This document shows positions 9,697 through 19,922 of a DNA stretch of 64,000 bases, piece after piece. The position numbers and the translations under genes were made by a program. The stretch is taken from NCBI GenBank assembly GCA_963734545.1, contig CAVTHO010000005.1:512001-576000 (forward strand), in the 5' to 3' direction. The notes beneath the pieces were generated by a model that did not search any database, had not been told where the DNA came from, and saw nothing but the letters and a program-made list of their open reading frames with translations. The DNA comes from an uncultured Spirochaetota bacterium. Lineage in GTDB: Bacteria > Spirochaetota > Spirochaetia > SZUA-6 > Fen-1364. Position 1 is the stretch's first letter, and the number at the start of each line of letters is the position of its first letter.

Positions 9697-12177
9697 TCAG
9701 GTGATTCCCCTGATCTCCACGAGCGCGGCCCGGGCCGCGGCTTTTCCGGCAGAGGATTGCAGCCATCGCCCCAGCGGAAACTTCGGCCCGACGAGCAGAT
9801 CCAGCGTCCACCCGTCGCGGGTCTCCGCGCACGTCCCTTCCATCAGCATTCTCTTCTTCAGCGACTTTTCGGCCGGCACCAGTCTCTGCGCGCCGCCCGC
9901 GCGGAAAAGGGTGACGGGCGCATGCGCGTCCCGGAGAAACGCCGCGAGATTCTCCGGCGCGTGAGGGAAAAGCGATGAGGGAAGCTCCACGCGCATCCTC
10001 AAGCCTCGAAAGGCCCCCGGCTCCCAGTCCTGGACGATAGGGCCGAACGTGCCGCCTTCAGGCTCCTGTATTCCCGCCAGCTCGTCCGTATCCCACGCGG
10101 TGACAGCCGCGACGGTGTGCCCGTACCAGGGTGTCTCTTCACCGAGTATTCCCGAGGCATCAACAAGGACCTCCCTGACCTCGAGGACGTTCGCGAGCTG
10201 GGCCGGTTTTCTTTCGAGCAGCTTTCTCATGAGCCAGGCCTCGGCCCATCGAGTGCCCAGACCTGCGGCCTCCCGGGGGATGCTCACCCTCATGAATACA
10301 GGCCGCAGGTGATGCTTCCTGCTCATGAGCGACGCGAGGCCGCCGACCGCCTTTGCAGAATCCGCCGCGTACGTCCGCGTTATTCCCGCGCCGGCCCCGG
10401 CCCTGCGCGGGCTGCGCGTGCAGCCGGGACACATTGCGCATTCGTGCGATCCTTCCACCCCCCTGCGGCAGTAGCCGGCGTCCCGCCCTGCTTTTGCCTC
10501 TTCGTACTGGGCATGGAGTGATGCCGTTGTCTGCTCGTCTTCCAGGAAGGGGAAGGCGAAGAGACGGCTCCGCGGCTTCTCCCCCTCAATCTCGACGCTG
10601 TGGGTGACACGCCATGCGCTGACCTGGGGGCCGGCCTCCCGCGGCAACCCTCTCTCCGCGATGCATCCTGCCTCCGCAATCCTTTCGAGAAGGGCGTGCA
10701 GCGAGTGCCCGCCCAGCGCGAATGCCTGGGTCGCTTCGTATTCGGCCCAGGGCATTGCGAGCCTGAATTCGAACCCATTGGTCTCACAGATCGATTTCGC
10801 CCGTCCGGCCGCCTGCCGCCACGCCCGCTCATCCAGAACGGGCGGATCGTATCGCAGGGGGGTGAACGGCATGCGGACGAGCAGGCCGAAGCTGAAAAGA
10901 ATGCGCGGCGGCGAATCGGATTTCATGCGGAGCTGCTTCATCCATTTCATGAAATCAGCGAACTCTTCGAAGTCCCGGTTGCTTTCGCGCCCGGTGAGCA
11001 GGTAGAAGAGCTTCAGCTCGCGCGTCCTCCGTGCGTGAAGGGCTTCCAGCACGCCGCGGATATCCGCGTCGTCGAGGCTCTTCTGCAGAAACCGCCGGAC
11101 GCTTCCGCTGATCCCTTCGATGCCGAGGGTAAAGCTCGTCTTGTCTGCGGCAAGCTCCAGATCCAGGAGTCCCGGCGTGCGCGCAAGAATGTCCACGCGC
11201 TGGCTCATCAGGTTCACCCGGTGGAAAAGAATGTTGAGATCGTGCAGGAGAGCGGCAATCTCGGAATGCGTATTGAAGTTGAAGCTTTCGATCTCGAGGG
11301 TGTCCGCCCCGGTGCGCAGCTTCAGCTCACGCGCCGCGCGGAGTATGACGGAGCCGGGGACCTCGCGGAATGGCTTTCTGTCGTGGCCTTCGTAGCAGAA
11401 GGAGCAGAAGCACGGGCATCCCCGGGTGATCGAAAGCCGGGCGGTCGCGGCTTCAGCTCCCGGCAGGATCGGCGCGGCAAGGCCCTCCTGGCCGGTATCG
11501 GAATCAGCGCAGGCGGTCTTTCCCACCCGGACCGCGAAGCTCCCGGCGGGCCACAGCCCCGGCACCTCGGCGGCGATACGGTTCATGCGCTCCCGCTTCC
11601 GCAGACCGGCCAGTGCGCGGCTCATGCGCGCGATCCTGCTCACGCTTCCCTCACCCTCTCCAAAGAAGACCGCGTCCGCCATGCAGTCCCCGCTCTCGGA
11701 GACGAGCGCATGGGCGGCGGTGCCGTTGGATCCGCCGAGGATGAGGGGCGGCCACTGCTCGCCGCGGGCCCCGGCCCACAACGGGATTCCCGAGTGCGCC
11801 AGAAGGAACGGCAGGTTCACCTGTTCGAGAAGCCACGCGTTGGACACCAGCACCAGGTCGAAGTCTTCGACGGACCGATGAGACTGGGTTCCGATGAGAA
11901 GGGGAAGACCCGCCTCCTCGAAGAGGCGCGCGTCTTCGGCGCGCGGGAGGAACGCCATGTCGATGAATGCATCGGGCAGAGCCGCACGGACCTCGCGCGC
12001 CAGAAACGCGTGGGGCGTGGATCGCTCGACATCGGCGAAGCGTGAGAGGCGCAGGACGAGCGCATGAAAGCTGCTTTCTTCCCAGGGCAGGTTGCCGAAT
12101 GTGGGATTGGCCAGATAGAGGCGAAAGTCCCTCACGCGGTGAAGTGATTGGCGGAAGTACTCATTGTACAGAGGCAT
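9697..12177 (-). CDS. Large radical SAM protein of unknown function
   Basis: TRGCPCFCSFC (CxxxCxxC), FTLGIEG, PFTPL, N-terminal PPLILGG/FFGEGE region and a second Cys cluster CAMCPGC. Confidence 0.88.
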   Translation of the reverse strand: MPLYNEYFRQSLHRVRDFRLYLANPTFGNLPWEESSFHALVLRLSRFADVERSTPHAFLAREVRAALPDAFIDMAFLPRAEDARLFEEAGLPLLIGTQSHRSVEDFDLVLVSNAWLLEQVNLPFLLAHSGIPLWAGARGEQWPPLILGGSNGTAAHALVSESGDCMADAVFFGEGEGSVSRIARMSRALAGLRKRERMNRIAAEVPGLWPAGSFAVRVGKTACADSDTGQEGLAAPILPGAEAATARLSITRGCPCFCSFCYEGHDRKPFREVPGSVILRAARELKLRTGADTLEIESFNFNTHSEIAALLHDLNILFHRVNLMSQRVDILARTPGLLDLELAADKTSFTLGIEGISGSVRRFLQKSLDDADIRGVLEALHARRTRELKLFYLLTGRESNRDFEEFADFMKWMKQLRMKSDSPPRILFSFGLLVRMPFTPLRYDPPVLDERAWRQAAGRAKSICETNGFEFRLAMPWAEYEATQAFALGGHSLHALLERIAEAGCIAERGLPREAGPQVSAWRVTHSVEIEGEKPRSRLFAFPFLEDEQTTASLHAQYEEAKAGRDAGYCRRGVEGSHECAMCPGCTRSPRRAGAGAGITRTYAADSAKAVGGLASLMSRKHHLRPVFMRVSIPREAAGLGTRWAEAWLMRKLLERKPAQLANVLEVREVLVDASGILGEETPWYGHTVAAVTAWDTDELAGIQEPEGGTFGPIVQDWEPGAFRGLRMRVELPSSLFPHAPENLAAFLRDAHAPVTLFRAGGAQRLVPAEKSLKKRMLMEGTCAETRDGWTLDLLVGPKFPLGRWLQSSAGKAAARAALVEIRGIT

Positions 12178-12286
12178 GCAGGCTCCTTACTGTAGCCCGG
12201 AACCTCCGGCCGATGGAAGGGGAGCTTGCGCGATGCATCAAACAGGACTATGCTCGGTGATCTTTTCGCAACAAGAAGGAGACGCG

Positions 12287-12859
12287 ATGAAAAGGGTTCT
12301 CTCGCGCCTTGCGCCTCTGCTCATGATTCTGGCAATTCTCGGCTGCGGTCCGGCAGCCGTCGTGGACAAGAAGATGGTGCAGATGACCTACACGGGAACA
12401 CTCCCCGACGGGACCGTCTTCGGAAAGTCGGAGCCGGACAAACCCATCGAGTTCATGATCGGCGCCGGGAAAATGATTCCCGCGCTGGAGAAGGGGATCA
12501 TGGGCCTGAAGGTCGGGGCCAAGAAGAAGATAGAGGTCAAGGCAGCGGATGCATACGGGGAGTATGACGCGAGCGCGGTCCAGGAAGTTCCCAAGGAGCA
12601 GTTCCCGAAAGAGCTCCCGCTCACAGTGGGTCAGCTGTACAGGGTCCAGACACCACAGGGACCGCTCACGGTGACGATTATCGCGGTCAAGGACAAGACA
12701 ATCTCCGTGGACTTCAACCATCCCCTCGCCGGCAAGGATCTCACGTTCGATGTCGAGATCATAAAGATACGTGATGCCACGAAGGCGGAGCTCGCCGAGG
12801 CCTTCCCTGCCCTGGAACGCCCCGCGGCAGGGCCATCGGCCCCGCAGGGCTCCAAGTAG
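12287..12859 (+). CDS. slyD: FKBP-type peptidyl-prolyl isomerase (SlyD-like) with a lipoprotein signal peptide
   Basis: YTGTLPDGTVF, MIPALEKGIMGL, AYGEYD, VDFNHPLAGKDLTFDVEI; RBS AAGGAG; N-terminus MKRVLSRLAPLLMILAILGC. Confidence 0.9.
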   Translation: MKRVLSRLAPLLMILAILGCGPAAVVDKKMVQMTYTGTLPDGTVFGKSEPDKPIEFMIGAGKMIPALEKGIMGLKVGAKKKIEVKAADAYGEYDASAVQEVPKEQFPKELPLTVGQLYRVQTPQGPLTVTIIAVKDKTISVDFNHPLAGKDLTFDVEIIKIRDATKAELAEAFPALERPAAGPSAPQGSK

Positions 12860-12904
12860 GGCCGAACTTTACTCGCGCCCGGCTATTCCCTATACTGCCG
12901 GGCG

Positions 12905-14131
12905 ATGTCTCTGCGCGTTTTTCTCACCGCCGATCTTCACCTCGGGATGAAATTCGCGCAGTACCCCGCGGCGCACGCGGCGCTCGAGGAAGAGCGCTTT
13001 CTTTGTCTTGAGCGCATGGTCGCGGCGGCAGGCGAGAGCCGCTGCGATCTCTTTGTCATTGCGGGGGATCTCTTTCACCGAGTGTCCATGACGAAACGGG
13101 ACACGGAGAGAGCCGCCCGGGCGCTTCGTGCCTTTCCCGGGAAGTGCGTTGCGGTGCTCCCCGGCAATCACGACTACTACTCATCAGACGACGAGCTCTG
13201 GCCCCGGTTCCGCGATGCAAGCGGGGATTCTGTTCTTTTCCTCGACCAGCAGCGACCCTACCCGCTCCGTGATTACGAAATCGATGCGTGCGTGTACCCG
13301 GGGCCGTGTCTTTCCATTCACTCCGCGGCGAGCGCCGTTGGGTGGGTTCGCGGTGCCGCCCGGGAGGCCGCCTTCCGCCACCACATCGGAATTGCGCATG
13401 GAAGCCTCGAAGGGGTCTCACCGGATTTCACCGAGAGCTACTTTCCCATGAAGGTCGCGGACCTTCTCTCTTCCGGCATGGACGCGTGGCTGCTCGGACA
13501 CACGCACGTGCGCTATCCCGCGCTGCCCTCGCGTCAGGACAGGATCTACTACCCCGGCACCCCGGCGCCCGACGGATTCGATTGCACGCACGCAGGCTCC
13601 GCCTGGCTGATCGAGCTGGGCGACAACAGGGAGGTTTCCGCGCAGCCGCTCAGCACGGGCGCTATCCGATTCGAGGATCGCACCCTGGAGGTGAAGGGCG
13701 CCGAGGACCTGGCCGCGCTGGAGGAGGCCGGCGGCCCTGCAGGCGCCGCTCAATCCGCCGGATACGGGAGTACCCGTTCGGGGAATACCCCGTACGGCGG
13801 CGCCATTCAATCCGCCGGGTACGGCGGCGCCATTCAATCCGCCGGGTACGGCGGCGCGGCGGATAAAACCCTGCTCAGGCTGCGGCTGAAAGGTCGCGTC
13901 ACGAGGGAGATCCTCTCGAGTATCGGTCCTTTTCGCGCGCGCATGGCGGAGCGGCTGATGCACCTGGAGCTCCGCACGGAGGATCTCCGCGAAGCGATCA
14001 CCCGTGAGGCAATCGACAGGGAGTACCCCGTGGGATCCTTCCCCCATGCGCTGTTGTCTCAGCTCGCCGAGGAAGGCGAAGCGGAGGCTCTGCAGATTGC
14101 GCACGAGCTGCTGCAGGAGCTGCTTCCGTGA
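12905..14131 (+). CDS. sbcD: SbcD/Mre11-type DNA repair nuclease carrying an in-frame repeat insertion
   Basis: ADLHLG, AGDLF, PGNHD, AHGS, LGHTH, YPGTP metallophosphoesterase motifs; coupled to the SMC-like ATPase gene. Confidence 0.92.
   Translation: MSLRVFLTADLHLGMKFAQYPAAHAALEEERFLCLERMVAAAGESRCDLFVIAGDLFHRVSMTKRDTERAARALRAFPGKCVAVLPGNHDYYSSDDELWPRFRDASGDSVLFLDQQRPYPLRDYEIDACVYPGPCLSIHSAASAVGWVRGAAREAAFRHHIGIAHGSLEGVSPDFTESYFPMKVADLLSSGMDAWLLGHTHVRYPALPSRQDRIYYPGTPAPDGFDCTHAGSAWLIELGDNREVSAQPLSTGAIRFEDRTLEVKGAEDLAALEEAGGPAGAAQSAGYGSTRSGNTPYGGAIQSAGYGGAIQSAGYGGAADKTLLRLRLKGRVTREILSSIGPFRARMAERLMHLELRTEDLREAITREAIDREYPVGSFPHALLSQLAEEGEAEALQIAHELLQELLP
13742..13857 (+). repeat. In-frame 27-nt tandem hairpin repeat inside sbcD
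   Basis: Unit GTACGGCGGCGCCATTCAATCCGCCGG at 13792-13818 and 13819-13845 plus partial copies; junctions form CCGCCG-GGTA-CGGCGG; encodes QSAGYGGAI repeats. Confidence 0.9.
13762..13791 (+). mobile_element. 30-nt double-hairpin element, copy E1, in frame in sbcD
   Basis: ATACGGGAGTACCCGTTCGGGGAATACCCC interrupts the first repeat unit; the neighbouring units lack it. Confidence 0.75.
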
Positions 14132-16548
14132 TCGTGCGCCGCCTGCGGGTCTTTCCCTTCGGCTGTTTCGATGACAAGGAAATAGTCTTTGCTCCGGGAT
14201 TGAACGTGATCCTCGGGCCCAACGAAGCGGGCAAATCGACGCTCTTCAACGCGGTGAAGAGCTCCTTTCTGCGGACGAGACTCACAAAGCCGAAGTTCGC
14301 CCAGTTCATCGAAAGGTTTCTGCCCGCCGGCGGTGGAGACATCGTCCGCCTGGAGGTCGAGTTCACGGCGGCGGACGTCACGTGGGTTCTCAGGCGCAGA
14401 TGGGGTCACGCGCCTGCCTCGGAGTTGACGGGGCAGGGAAGAGGCACGATCGGGGACGACGACGCCATCGCAGAAAAGCTCGAAGCGCTGCTTCCGGCAA
14501 AGCAGGGGACCTTCTGGAAAGTGCTCATGACAGGGCAGAGCGAGCTCGCCGCGACCCTGGATTCGCTGCGGAAGGAGGGCAGGGAGGCGCTTGCGGATCT
14601 GACCGACATGCTGCGGCGCGCGGTGCTGGCCACTGGAGGCGTACCGGTGGACAGGTTCCTCGACCTCCTGGGGGAACGGCGCGACGAGGCCTTCTCACGC
14701 TGGGACCGGGCGCGTGCCGGTCCCGAAGGCAATCACGGCATCGAGAATCCCTGGAAGAACAGGATCGGAACGATCCTTCAGGCCTGGTACGAGACGGAGA
14801 CGGTCAAGAGGAGCGGGAAGAGCGCCGAGGCATACGAGTCCGGGCTTGATGCCGTCAACGGCCGGCTCCGGGCAACGGCTGCCGAGCTTGCGCTGCGTGA
14901 GGCCTTTGTTTCCGGGAACGAGACCGCGGCCCGGGATGCGCGGGAGCGGCGCATCCTCGACGCGGAGCTGAAGTCGGTCCGGCAGGAGATGGAGGCTCTG
15001 CGCAAGGTATCGCTGGAATGGCCCGTTGCCGCCCACAAGGCCCGGGAGCTGGAGAAGGCCCTGGCTGAGGGGGAAGCCGCGCGCGGGCCGCTCGGGGAGG
15101 AGCTCCTGGCCGCGCAAAAGGCGGAAGACACGCGGGGCCTGAGGGACAAGCTCGCGCGCGTGCTGAAGAAGGAGGCGCAGCTCGAACAGGCGCGCGGGAG
15201 GCTCGCCGCTCTGCCCCGGCTCGACAAGACCGCGCTGGAGGAAATCCGCGGAGCTTCGACGCTGCTCGAAAAGCTGCAGGCCGGCGTGGAGGCGGGCAGG
15301 CTCGCCGTGACCGTGGTCGGCAGGGCGGGTGTCGAGCTCGTCGTGCAGGAAGATTTCGATCCGGAGACCAGGAAAATGCTCGGCCCCGGCGAGACCGCCC
15401 GGCTGCAGGCCGGCGGACGTGTGCGGATCGTGCATCCCGACATGGAGATCGAAGTGAGGTCGGGGGACGTGGACTCCCTTGCCCGGGCTGAGAAAGCGGG
15501 CGCTGCCCGGCGCGCGCTGGAGGCACTGCTCGCGCGTCACGGGGTGCCCGACACCGCCGAGGCGGAAAAGCGCAGCCGTGCATATGAAGCAGGCGCCGTC
15601 GAGGTCGAATCCGCGGCGAAGAACCTTGAGGAGGAGCTTGCAGGGGAATCCCTTGCGGAGATCAAGATGCGTGTCGAGGCGCTCGGTCAGGCGGCTGTCA
15701 CCCGGCCCCTTGCGGCGATCGCCTCCGCGCTTGCCACGCTCCAGGCGCAAAGTGGAGCGCGGTCCAGCGAGCTTGCCGAGATCCGCAGGAGGATGGGGGA
15801 CTGGGCATCGGATTTCGGCACGCCGGAAGAGCTCCTCGACAGGCTCGCGGGTGCGAAAAGCCGCGAATCCGGTCTTGTCGGCCGGCTTTCCCGATCATCG
15901 CCGATGCCGGCAGGGTTTTCAGACGCCGAGTCTTTCCTGCGGGATTTCGAATCGGCGCAGAAAAGGCTTGCGGACCTCAGGGTGGAGCTGAAAGGACTCG
16001 AGGGGCAGAAGAATGCACTCGTGGACAAGGCGCCGGATCAATCGGCGGAGGAGCTTGCCGGCCAGGCGAGGGACGCGGAAGAGGCCTTTCAGATCGAGCT
16101 TCGGCGCGGCGCGGCGCTGGAGCGCATCGATGCGGTTGCCCGCAGCCTGCTCGGAGAAAACGCCTCTTCGATATACGACGGCATGCGCGCCGAGCTGGAG
16201 AAGCTGATCGCCGCCATGACCGGTGGCCGCCACCTCTGGGTCGAGATGGACGGCTCCCTGCCGCGGGCGCTTGCGGACGGCAAGGGCGCCCGCATCGGCT
16301 GGGAGCTGCTTTCCGGGGGCACCAGGGACACGCTGGCTCTTGCCCTGCGGCTGGCCATGGCGGCATATTTCCTGCAGGGTTCCGACGGCTTCATGATGAT
16401 GGACGATCCCCTGGTGGACATGGACCCCACGCGGCGAAGAGCCGCGGCCCGATGCCTTGCCTCTTTCGGTTCGGCCCGGCAGCTCATCCTCTTCACCTGT
16501 CACCCGTCAACGGCGGAGGTGTTGGGCGGAAACTTGATCCGACTGTGA
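14128..16548 (+). CDS. SMC/Rad50-like (SbcC/YhaN-type) ATPase
   Basis: Walker A GPNEAGKST, long coiled coil, LSGGT signature, MMDDPLVDMD, FTCH. Confidence 0.9.
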   Translation: MIVRRLRVFPFGCFDDKEIVFAPGLNVILGPNEAGKSTLFNAVKSSFLRTRLTKPKFAQFIERFLPAGGGDIVRLEVEFTAADVTWVLRRRWGHAPASELTGQGRGTIGDDDAIAEKLEALLPAKQGTFWKVLMTGQSELAATLDSLRKEGREALADLTDMLRRAVLATGGVPVDRFLDLLGERRDEAFSRWDRARAGPEGNHGIENPWKNRIGTILQAWYETETVKRSGKSAEAYESGLDAVNGRLRATAAELALREAFVSGNETAARDARERRILDAELKSVRQEMEALRKVSLEWPVAAHKARELEKALAEGEAARGPLGEELLAAQKAEDTRGLRDKLARVLKKEAQLEQARGRLAALPRLDKTALEEIRGASTLLEKLQAGVEAGRLAVTVVGRAGVELVVQEDFDPETRKMLGPGETARLQAGGRVRIVHPDMEIEVRSGDVDSLARAEKAGAARRALEALLARHGVPDTAEAEKRSRAYEAGAVEVESAAKNLEEELAGESLAEIKMRVEALGQAAVTRPLAAIASALATLQAQSGARSSELAEIRRRMGDWASDFGTPEELLDRLAGAKSRESGLVGRLSRSSPMPAGFSDAESFLRDFESAQKRLADLRVELKGLEGQKNALVDKAPDQSAEELAGQARDAEEAFQIELRRGAALERIDAVARSLLGENASSIYDGMRAELEKLIAAMTGGRHLWVEMDGSLPRALADGKGARIGWELLSGGTRDTLALALRLAMAAYFLQGSDGFMMMDDPLVDMDPTRRRAAARCLASFGSARQLILFTCHPSTAEVLGGNLIRL

Positions 16549-17459
16549 GCCGGCCCGAGCCGCGCCCGGTCCGACTCTCCCTGTCTTCCGCCTCCACGGC
16601 CTTCTCGGCCGCTTCCAGGTGCCGCGCAAAGTCCAATGGATCGACCCGGTTCTTCTTTCTGTTCTCATTGAGGTACCTCGAGATGCCCGGACGCGTCGTG
16701 CGCGCCCCGGTCCACCAGCGCCCGCAGCTCCTGCCGGGACGCCACGTTTCCGGGAGGAACGTCGTGCTGACGCCCATAGTACTCGCGGGCATACCACAGG
16801 ATTTTCGCCAGCCTCCGCTGGTGACCGCGCAATGAGTTGAATCCGGGGATGCGGGTGAAGTTGGCCAGCGGGTCCCACGCGCGTTCGGCAGTCTGCAGCG
16901 CGAGGTTGCGCGCCTGGAATTCCGCCATGAGCCCCTTCCGCGCGACTTCCGCCATCAGCTCGTCGGCCAGATCAAGCAGGTGCACCACGTCGGATATCGC
17001 ATAGTCGAGCATCGCGCGGGAGAGCGGACGGCGGAGCCAATTGGATTTCTGGAACTTGTCCTTGGCCGACGCCGAACCTCCCTGCCGCGTGAGAGCGTGC
17101 AGCCCTCCGGGCTTCTGGAGCAGCCTCGCCGCGATTGCCACATCGAGCAGGGGGCCCGGACGGATGTCCAAAGCGTGCTGGAACGACAGAAGATCGTTCG
17201 CCGCGTCGAACCACACCTTCAACCAGGCCGACTCTTCGAGGAGTGCCTTCAACAGCCTGGTGTTCCGGATTGACCGCGCATCCACCACCCAGCCGTGGTC
17301 CCCGTCGAAGAGCTGGATCAACGCGACGTGGATGCCATAGCTGTGGAGGTTGTTCTCCCCCTCGACGTCGACCGCGAGCCGTGGGTATCCGGCGCGCGCG
17401 AGGCGGGCAACGAGTCCCTCCAGCTCGCCGTCGGATTGTATGAAATCGTACGGGATCAT
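16493..17459 (-). pseudogene. RNase D-like 3'-5' exonuclease with HRDC region; probable frameshift near 16695
   Basis: AVDVEGE, LIQLFD, LLDVAIAARLL, KSNWLRRPLS, YAISDV; a plausible C-terminus (ISRYLNENRKKNRVDP) continues in another frame. Confidence 0.8.
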
Positions 17460-17541
17460 TCTGTGATTTCCGCCTGCTCAATCATAGCATCCCGAGACCC
17501 GCACGCACAGAGCGCTCGATTCGTCATGCACGCGCGTGCAC

Positions 17542-17572
17542 TTGACTTTCAGATTCCCCGGTCCTATACAAT
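17542..17572 (+). promoter_or_regulatory. Putative sigma70 promoter for the epimerase-GH4 operon
   Basis: TTGACT followed after 17 nt by TATACAAT. Confidence 0.5.
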
Positions 17573-17604
17573 GTCCCTACACCACATCAGCTCAGGGGGA
17601 ATCC

Positions 17605-18458
17605 ATGAAAGCGGGCTTCAATCTCTTGCTCTGGACGTCTCACGTGACCGAGCAGCATTTCCCGCTTCTGCAGAAGCTGAAGAAAGCGGGCTACGACGGA
17701 GTGGAGATCCCCATCCTGGAGGGCACGCCGTCGCACTACGCGAAGGTCCTGAAGGCCGTTCGCGACAACGGTCTGGCGTGCGCCGTGGTGACCAACATGC
17801 CCGATGCGGCGCACAATCCCGTGAGCCCCGAGAAGAAGCCAGCGGGACAATGCGCTGGATTTCATGAAGAGGGTCATCGACTGCACGCATGCGCTGGAAA
17901 CTGACCTCCTGTGCGGGCCTTTCTACCAGCCGGTGGGCCTGTTCACGGGTACCGGGCCGACGGACGAAGAGAAGCGGCGCGCCGCGGAGCACGCGCGCGC
18001 AGTCCGCCGAATATGCCGCGCCGGCCGGCATCACCCTCGCCGTGGAGTTTCTGAACAGGTTCGAGGCGTACGTTCTCACCACCATGGACGGAGTGGCGGA
18101 GCACGTGAAGAGCGTGGGCATGCCCAACTTCAAGGCCATGTTCGACACGTTCCACGCCAACATCGAGGAAAACGATCCCGTGGCGAGCATCCGCGCGCAC
18201 CGGGGCATCATCACGCACATGCACATCTCGGAGAACAACAGGGGCGTGCCGGGTCGGGGCCACAACGACTGGAAGGGCATATTCAGGACGCTTCGCTCCA
18301 CCGGCTATGACAACTGGCTGACGATCGAGGCGTTCGGCAGGGTGCTGCCCGCGTTCGCCGCGGCCACGCGGATCTGGCGGGACATCTTCGAGAGCCCCGA
18401 GGCGCTGTACACGGAGGGGATCAAATTCATCAGGCAGCAGTGGGACGCTGCTGCCTGA
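17605..18458 (+). pseudogene. D-tagatose/D-psicose 3-epimerase family (TIM barrel), two frameshifts
   Basis: GYDGVEIP, LAVEFLNRFE, FDTFHANIEE, HMHISENNRGVPGRG, LTIEAF across three frames. Confidence 0.88.
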
Positions 18459-18482
18459 CGGTGAACAGACAAGGAGCAATAC

Positions 18483-19922
18483 ATGGGTAAGAAAATCGCG
18501 ATGATCGGCGCGGGAAGCGTCGTGTTCTGCAAGACCCTGATGGCGGACATCATGGCCACCCCCGCGCTGGAAGGCAGCGAGTTCGCCTGATGAGCCGCAC
18601 GGAGCCGAAGCTGCGCGCAATGGAGGAGTTCGGGAAGCCGGATGCTCAAGGACAACGGCGTGAAAGGCAAGGTGTGGGCCACCCTGGACAGGAGGGAAGC
18701 GCTGAAGGACGCCGACTTCGTCGTCGTCATGATCCAGGTGGGCGGCGTGGAAGCCTTCGAGATCGACTGGAAGATCCCCCTGAAGTACAAGGTGGACCAG
18801 TGCGTGGGAGACACGATGGGGCCGGGCGGTGTCTTCCGGGCCATGCGGTCGCATCCCGGTGCTCCTGGAGATTGCGCGCGACATGAAGGAGGTGTCCAGG
18901 CCGGGAGCGATCATGCTGCAGTACGCCAACCCGATGGCGGGCAACTGCCTTGCCCTGGGAAAGGCGAGCGACAGTGTCCTTCGTCGGGCTCTGCCACGGC
19001 GTGCAGACCACCATCGAGCAGATTGCCCAGTTCATCGACGTGCCCAAGGACGAGATCCAGTCTACACCTGCGGCGGCATCAACCACATGGACTGGTTTCT
19101 CACCCTCACGCGAAACGGAGAGGACCTGTACCCGAAGCTGGCCAAGGCCATCGAGAAGCCCGCCATCTACAAGAGCGAGAAGGTCAGGGGCGAGGTGTTC
19201 CGGCACTTCGGCTATTTCATGACCGAAACGACCGGTCACCTGGCCGAGTACGTTCCCTGGTTCCGCAAGAGCAAGGCCGCGCTGGACATGTACTGCGACG
19301 AGCCGGGGTTCGGCGGCCAGAGCGGCGCATACTTCAACTGGTGCGACACGGTGGCGAAGAAGCTACGAGGGAAAGAACCAGCTGGACTGGGAGTCGACGA
19401 AGCTCGGAGCCGCGGAGCGTGGAGTACTGCTCGTACATCATCGAGGCGGTGGCCACCGGGAATCCCGTTCAAGTTCATGGGCAACGTGCGCAACGACGGC
19501 TACATCGACCAACCTCCCCTCGGACTGCTGCGTGGAGGTCCCCACGTTTGCGGATGAAACCGGCCTGCACCCGATGAGGATCGGGAGGCTGCCGACCCAG
19601 TGCGCCGCGCTGTGCATGACGAACGTGAACGTCCAGCTCCTGGCCGCCGAGGCCGGCGATCAACGGCGACACCGAGGCGCTCGTGCAGGCAATCGCCATG
19701 GACCCGCTGACCGCGGCGGTGTGCACGCTGAAGGAGATCCGGGACATGACCGCGGAGATGCTCGAGGCCGAGCGGCGGTGGCTGCCCCAGTTCAAGGGAA
19801 AGAAGGTGACGCCGAAGCCGGCCGTGCATATCCCCGCGAACGTGAAGGCCATCGACCTCGCGCAGGACCCGGCGCAGGCCATCCTGAAACGATTCATGGA
19901 CCTGGCGGCGGAAAAGAAATAG
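18483..19922 (+). pseudogene. melA: GH4 alpha-galactosidase (MelA-like), about nine frameshifts
   Basis: KIAMIGAGSVVF, DADFVV, GDTMGPGGVFRA, YANPM, VGLCHGVQ, GINHM, TETTGHLAEYVPWF, NVRNDGYI, CVEVP, AMDPLTAAV. Confidence 0.9.

Noticed and set aside
12214-12230. Sigma54-like TGG...TTGC upstream of slyD
   Set aside because: The GG to GC spacing is 11 nt rather than 10.
12905-17459. SbcD plus SMC ATPase plus exonuclease as a novel defence system
   Set aside because: The pair fits the widespread YhaO/YhaN or SbcCD repair type, the RNase D-like gene is convergent, and there is no defence-island context.
18483-19922. Programmed frameshifting or recoding in the GH4 gene
   Set aside because: There are too many irregular shifts without shared slippery motifs; sequencing error is more parsimonious.
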